Shown: positions 56,735 through 64,000 of the stretch, in pieces
Layout of the letters: the number at the start of each line of letters is the position of its first letter
Position numbering within the stretch: the stretch's first letter is position 1
NCBI RefSeq assembly: GCF_009914755.1
Contig: NC_060942.1
Source: the human T2T-CHM13v2.0 reference genome, Homo sapiens
DNA: 64,000 nt
Direction: 5' to 3' (one strand)
The notes under the pieces: generated by a model
What the model was told of the DNA's origin: nothing
What the model saw: only the letters and a program-made list of their open reading frames with translations
The model's database searches: none
Program-made: the position numbers and the translations under genes

Positions 56735-58083
56735 TAATGCTCATCACTGAATTGATTCCTATGTTTATTAGTGTGAAATTGCAAAGTCCCAATACTCCAC
56801 ACATGTCCTTGCTTTGCTCTGATTAATTGCATAGGGGTTATATGCAATGTTTGAATACTTATTAATTAAAATCCAGATATATTATGCTTTAGTCTAATTA
56901 TTCCAGTGATACAGCTGAAAAGTACCAAAAATTATTAATGGCAGATGTGTTGAATAATAAATATGATATTACAAAATATCTGGGAAAATAAATGAAGGAA
57001 AATTGTACAAAATATTTATCCTTGAGGGGAAAAAGGCAGATGTTATTTGAGATGACAGGGTTTCTGACATTAAATTCAGTATGTTGGTAAGATTTTTTTA
57101 TTAACATGGGAATACTGTGAGTGTTGAAAGTGAACCATTAAAATAAAGTATATGTAAGGAAAAGTTGCATAGCAAGAATATAATTTAAAGAGATTTAAGG
57201 AGGATTGAGGGGTTCATTATATTCCAAAAGGCAGGGTTACCCATGTGTCATTGCAAACAAATAATTCTTCTACATGGCAGTTATTCAAACAAACACATAT
57301 TTTTATCACTTACTCCAGATTTATTTTAACCAGTTTTATTTGAATTATGTAGTTTGGAGAAAGTGCCTTAACATTTGGATTTCAGTTGCTTTTTTTCTGT
57401 AACAACAACCAAACATTGAATCTTAGGAATTTTTCCTCTGGAATAAATCTTTTTGCCTTTTAAAGAATCTCAGAAAAATCATAGTCTATTTAAAAGTTAT
57501 TAAGTAAAAATGAAAATATATCATATGCTGATTATATTTGCTAAGTTATACCATGATATTATTCCATCCATTTTGCTTTTTGTCTTCAAAGGTTATTCAG
57601 AAAACACTTTCATCTGTGGACATGGTAATAATGTATATCATGGGTTAGATAATGACGTTGCTTGTTCTTTGATCAAATCATAAACATTAAACCAGGAATG
57701 GGCAAAAGACTTAAACCCTGGATTTAGAGGTAGTATTATACTAACTAAAATATTAGCTGCCTTTAAAATGGCACAGTTTAATTGAGTCATATTTCATATT
57801 TTGGTGAAACAAAGAATAGAGAACTTTCACATTTGTAGTATCAAAATTCAGTAACACAAAATGGTTATGATGGAAATTGTATTGTGCTGTATATTACTGA
57901 TTATAAGGCAGATTTGGTTATGGAATACGCTAGAATTTACACTGGTCATAGGTAAACCATTACTTGCATGAGGTCAAATTTTATTTCAAATTAATGCACA
58001 TTATTTTGACATGTAATGGTTCGTTGATATCTGAGATAAACATATGCAAATACTGATTTCTGGGGATAAACTAAATTAGTCTC

Positions 58084-58622
58084 TATATATATACACACAC
58101 ACATATACATATGTGTGTGTATATATACATATACATACACACACACATATACGTGTGTGTGTATATATACATATACATATATACACACACATACATATGT
58201 GTGTATATATACGTATACATATATACACACATATATATGTATATATAAACGTATATGATATATACACTATATATGGATATATATACATATATATGGATAT
58301 ATATTTTGTAATTTACACAATTCACAAAGAAAAAATGCCAGTATGAGTATGCCAATACATATATATACACATATATACACACATATATGTGTATATATAC
58401 GTATATACGTGTATATACACGTATATACGTGTATATATACGTATATACGTGTATATATGTGTATATATACGTATATATACGTATATATGTGTATATACGT
58501 ATATATGTGTATATATACGTATATATAGGTGTATATGTACATATACACATATATGCACATATATACTTATATGTACATATACACATATATGCACATATAT
58601 ACTTATATGTGTGTATATATGT
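58084..58622. repeat. Long (TA/CA/TACG)n compound microsatellite with an embedded unique segment
   Basis: Read directly; source of the Y/I/V/H-rich ORFs. Confidence 0.95.
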
Positions 58623-58974
58623 ATTGGCATACTCATACTGGCATTTTTTCTTTGTGAATTGTGTAAATTACAAAATAGATGCTGTTTGATACATATAAAA
58701 CTATCCAAAGATGCACAAGAAAATATTTAATAATTATTTGCACTACAGGCAGTGCATTTCTATACCTCTGAAGTGAATACTTTTGGTATCTTGGCATGTT
58801 TTATTCCATAAACTTCTCATATTTCATTGATGCACATATGCCCACATAAAGTTTGGTAGTGGTATGACACTTGGATGCTTCTTTGATTTTTCCTTAGGCC
58901 AGATGATTAGTCTCTATTACAATACCTCTAGTGAACCTTGACTAGTGTTATTATGTAAAAAATATTGAAAATAA

Positions 58975-59780
58975 GCATCCAAAAAATGCTCCACATTACT
59001 AATCATTAGAGAAATGTAAATGAAAACCACAATGAGAACCACCATCTCACACCAGTCAGAATGTCTATTACTAAAAGGTCAAAAAATAACAGATATTGCC
59101 GGGGTTGTGGAGAAAAGAGAAAGAGAATGTTTATACACTGCTTGTGGGAATGTGACTTAGTTCAGCCATTGTGGAAAGCAGTGTGGTGATTCCTCAAATA
59201 ACTTAAAGTAGAATTACTATTTGACCCAACAATCCTGTTATTAGGTATATACTCAACGGAATGTAAATCATTCTACCATAAAGATACATCCATGCGTATG
59301 TTCATTGCAGAACTATTCACAATAGTAAAGGTATGGAATCAACCTAAATGCCAATCAGTGGTAGACTGAATAAAGAAAATATGGTAAATATACACCATGG
59401 AATACTATGCAGCCAGATAAATAACAAGATCATGGCCTTTGCTGCAACATGGATGGAGCCATTATCTTAAGTAAACTAATACAGGAGCAGATCAAATATG
59501 GCATTTTCCTATTTATAAGTGGAAGCTAAACATTGAGTACACATGGACACAAAGATGCAAAGTGTGTCCTTATGTACTTGATGTTTAGTTTCCAATGTGG
59601 GACACTGGGGCCTACTGAGAGTGGAGGGTGGGAGAAGGAAGAGAACCAAAAAACTATCGAGCACTATGCTTATTACCTGGATGACAAAATAATCTGTACA
59701 CCAAGCCCCAGTGAGATGCAACTTATCTATATAACAAACCTGTACTTGTACCCCTGAATCTAAAATAAAAGTTTAAAAAA
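58975..59780 (+). mobile_element. L1 3' end (old L1PA/L1PB-like)
   Basis: ACCATCTCACACCAGTCAGAATG...TACACCATGGAATACTATGCAGCC...CCCCTGAATCTAAAATAAAAG. Confidence 0.9.
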
Positions 59781-61143
59781 TTGACAACATAAATTAACGT
59801 AATATAATACAGTTAATATGCATTAGTAATTTAATCTATGTGTACACATGTATGTAAAACATGTACATATGCACACATGTGCGTGCATATTTATATGTGT
59901 ATATATGTACATATATGTGGATAGATATACACATAGATATATTAGAAACAGCATTTACTGAGTTCAAACCATGTGAGACATTTATTTGTTACAGTATCCT
60001 CTGTGGGAAGTACGTAGGTCGAGCCCATTAGATAACAACCCTCTTGCCTTCTGTGCTTCTGTACCAAGTGAGAAACAAGAACAGCAGTAAGGCATAGGGT
60101 AAGTCAAACATCACCTTAATTTGTTGAAGAAGCTGCCGTTGACCATGGTTTGCATCTGCATGGGAGGCACATGCCCATCTGGACATGGGCAGTGTCTATA
60201 TTGGCAGGATGTCACTCAGGTGTCAGCTTGTCCCACTGCTTGGTGGCTGGTGGCAATGGAGAGCACTTGCTCTCTTTGGTCAGGCCTGTTCCCAAGAGAG
60301 AATTGTAGGTGAAAGGAGTCTCTTCAAACTTCCAGGCTCATTAAGTTATCTGTCATGTATCCTGATCCAGGCTCCCCTCAAACCAAGAAAAAGTGGGTAC
60401 TGGGGAGTGGTGAGGTCAGAAGTCATTCCCTCGAGGAGCTGCCTCTCTAGGGAAGAAAATATCAGTATTGAGGCAGAAGTATTCAACATCCACACCCCAA
60501 CCTTAGGTGTTACTTTTAATCCCGTTTTACAAACGAAGGCATTTTAGCACAGAAAGATAAGTGGCTATCCCAAGGGGGGATCCAGATCCAAATCCAGGCA
60601 TCCGACCAAAGAGTCTTAGGCATATGCTTTACTGTCTGCCCTGTCTGCTCCACACATTCCTATTCATCGTTTTTTATTATTTATTTTTAATCTTACTGAA
60701 ACAGCTATAAAAAAAAGCAGGTTTATGTGATGTAAATAAGAACAATTTTAAATTTTAGTTTGGTTAATAATTAGTCACTTACATAAAATAAAATACGTGA
60801 CCGTAATGTAATGATCTTGACAAAGCAGAAAGGCTGACAGGGGAGCAGGGAAGAAAGGAATACAAGCTGTTCTTTGAAAATGAGGTTAAAACAACTGCCA
60901 TACTTCGAATCTGTAGACACAGAGGCAGGTGAAAAGTGTACTCAATATCGGGTATTGCTTATTTTTTTTACTGTAACTTCTTGTTTATTCAAAGTGGTGT
61001 GCCGTTTGTATAATCAGAAAAATAAATGTGGAGGTATAAAAGTTGACATGTTTATGGTTTAAAAATGAGATAAATAAAAATGTTAAAACTCAGAAAATAT
61101 TGAGATTATGCTAACATACACATAATCCAAAGACCTGGACTTT

Positions 61144-61147
<4 letters not shown>

Positions 61148-61189
<42 letters not shown>
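61148..61189. repeat. (AC)21 microsatellite
   Basis: Perfect run read directly. Confidence 0.97.
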
Positions 61190-61193
<4 letters not shown>

Positions 61194-61314
61194 GTTTGTT
61201 TTCTCCATATAAGTGAAATGTATGCTATATTGTATCCTCATTTTCACTTCAGGATAAATCATGGCATCTTTCTTTGTGTGTGCCTGTGCACATGTCTATC
61301 TTCTCCAGTTCTAA

Positions 61315-61590
61315 TTTTTTTTTCTTTTTGAGACAGGGTCTTGCTCTGTTGTGGCCTTGAGTTCGTGGTGTCAGATGATCCTCCATTCTCAGCCTCCCAA
61401 GTATCTTGGACCAAATTTGGCTATTTATTTTTTCTTTCTTTTCTTTTTCTTTTCTTTTTTTCTTCTTTTTTGTAGAGACAGGGTCTGGTTATATTGCCCA
61501 GGCTGATCTCAAACTCCTGGGCTGAAGTGATCCTGCCACCTTGGCCTCCCAAGGTTCTGGGATTACAGGCATGAGCCATCGCACCCAACC
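61315..61590 (-). mobile_element. Alu (old, internally deleted)
   Basis: Antisense arms with deletions and an expanded T-rich linker. Confidence 0.85.
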
Positions 61591-61636
61591 TTCAGCTTTA
61601 TATTGTGGAACATTATCATGTTTCTTAGTTTTAATT

Positions 61637-61770
61637 AAGCGAGGTGTGGTGGCTTGCACCTGTAGTCCCAGCTACTCAGGAATCTGAAGGAAAGGATCTT
61701 TTGAGCCTAGGAGCTCTAGTCCATCCTGGGGAACATAGCAAGATCCTGTATCTACAAAAACAAAAACAAC
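61637..61770 (+). mobile_element. Alu monomer (FLAM-like)
   Basis: GGTGTGGTGGCTTGCACCTGTAGTCCCAGCTACTCAGG...CTGGGGAACATAGCAAGATCCTGTATCT plus A tail. Confidence 0.8.
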
Positions 61771-64000
61771 CCACTAAGTTAATTATCCTTAAGTATCTTT
61801 GTCATTTATTTGCTCATATCTGAAGGAAAAGTATCCCAGAAATACTTAAACCCTCACTGGCAGAGCAAAACTTTGCCTCCCTTCAGAGTGCATTTTCCCC
61901 CACAATTTTGAATATCTAAACATTTTATAAAATGGAGTCTCCTTGTAAGTATTTATATTCCTATTAAATTAAGATTTCATTTTATAGTTTTCTTGGACAT
62001 TTGCATTTTACATTTTGTGAATTTGCTGTCTTTTTTGACCTTCATACATTTATTGAAACATTTATCCTTATTTTATTGATTACAGAAACTCTTTATGTAA
62101 GAATAATATTGACTATGTTGTGTATGCCTTTGCATTTTTACATTTTGCATATGGCACCAAATCTTTTTCTTCATGGTTGCTAGCATTGTCATTAGACTTA
62201 CATTTTTATTCTATGAACCATGCTATCTCTAAAAATCTGGTTATGGATTACATGTTGAATGTTTAAATTAGAAGCATGATTAATTTCTAAAAAATAGTGA
62301 TATGTTTATATTTTGAGTTTTCATGGTCTTGGTTCTTTTTGTCTGTTTTTAAGGGATTTTTTTGGTAATTGGACATATTTTAAAGGTCTCTCATGGACTT
62401 TATATCATTTATAACTACTCTAGAAGGCATAATTTACTTCAGGATTTGGTTGATATGCTGTTTTAATTATTCTAAAAGGCTCCAAAAATGAATATTTGTA
62501 TAATGTTTGAAATAATCTTTGACTACTCTGATATAAAGTTAGGATTATCCTGCAGGACTGAGTTTATATGAAAAATTGAATTTATTGCCTTCTTAAAATG
62601 GATGATAAGAAAAGAACTTTATTATCAATGTTATTTAAATTTACTTTTCATAATTTTTAAGAATTTAGTCATATTTGTATTCTTCATAAGATAAAATCCC
62701 ACAAGAAATCCAAGCTTCTGCTTATAAAACTTTAATCACGCATTTTATTAGACTCTTGTTTTGCCTTTCAACTTGCAGTCCTTTCTTGTACTTAACTGTC
62801 TGTGAATGTGAACCTTCATGAACTAACAGACTTTTCAAGTAGAATATCATTTTATAGACTAGAAGAAAAGACATTTTGTTGCCCTCCTCAGTAATTTTAC
62901 AGAGTGAATATACATTAAATATAATTTGAAGCTTAGCATTTTGTTTCCTTCTTATAAAATAAAAATGGAAAATTCCATAATCATTAAGCTTTTTGGAGAT
63001 ATCTTTATTAGACAAGATTAATGACAACCTTATTTACAATAAATAAAATATAAATAAGTTCATAGGTATTTTCTTTATCATAGCCATTTATGGTAGCATT
63101 TCTGACTTACAGTAATCATCGATAAAGTATTGGTGGACACCTTTTGGGTACAAGGATTGCACTAGGTTCTGGGAAGACTACAGAAACATCTGAAACCTGG
63201 CTTCAGTGGGCTTCGTATAATTACAATTCGTAAAATCAGTTGGCCTAATACTGTCTGAATAAACTTTTATTTAAAAAAAGAAAAAACGAAAATGTTATAT
63301 GTAAACAGGGACTCTGGGAAGATATGAAGAGTTGGTAGTCTCCACTCTCATAGAAAACAAAGCCCGAAGAGGCAGGGGTGGGAGGAGTCCTAAAGAAGAA
63401 AATGTGGAAGGAGGCTCTTGGAATATTGTTGTCAACTTTTTAATTTAATTTTAGCCATGACTACTTGTATTATTTATTTTAAAACCTAACTTTTATAAAA
63501 GAAGTCAAAAGTGGTATTTTTCCATTCTTATGTTCAATACGTCCAGCTTTCTGGCTCAAGGATTTTAATCTGACTATAATTGTGAACATATCCTTTTCTG
63601 TATCTGCCCATCCCCAACTTTTACCCAGCTCCACACAGGAAGAAAGACAGTCCTCCATAAATGTTCTAGAGATTTGCCACTGCTTTGGGTCTAGATTGAT
63701 CCCATGTCTGAATCAGTGCAGAAATGCATAATTTAAAAAGTGATTTGATCTTTTACAAAGTGCCAGGCTTTGGACAAACCTTGTGTACTGTCCTTACACA
63801 CACAGGTGGAGATGAGTGGGAACTTTACTGAGGATGGTCTCTTCAGTAGGAGCCATTAAGTTGAACATCAGTGAGAAAATAAAAATATCTTTGAACTTTC
63901 CAGAAATGGTTCTAGAATTCCCTTTAAAGCAGTTGTGTAGCAACACAAAAAACTTGTAATTGCCCTCTAGGAATGTGTTAAGTAGAGTTCTCTCTATAGA

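Noticed and set aside
57991-58730. Y/I/V/H-rich ORFs on both strands
   Set aside because: Translations of the TA/CA microsatellite.

Overview
Primate (human-like) genomic DNA inside the netrin-1 receptor gene DCC, on the + strand. The window holds three coding exons with canonical AG/GT ends: 37311-37595 (285 nt, Ig2), 55009-55159 (151 nt) and 56536-56672 (137 nt, with the previous exon encoding Ig3). These match DCC exons 3-5 as I recall them. The rest is AT-rich intron with many repeats: a nested ERV1 LTR cluster at the left end, a ~7 kb antisense L1M that splits a MER58, about 14 Alus, MLT LTRs, hAT elements, L2/MIR remnants and TA/CA microsatellites. Nearly all other ORFs in the track are repeat-derived noise. 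I see no new gene or novel molecular system. The most unusual signal is a set of at least seven local templated copies of nearby sequence: fold-back inversions, a two-donor composite insertion beside exon 3, a ~140 bp inverted duplication, a 272 bp dispersed duplication and tandem duplications. Several sit at TA-rich hairpin-prone tracts and resemble replication template-switch scars. Repeat family names come from remembered consensus sequences, and identities were counted by eye.
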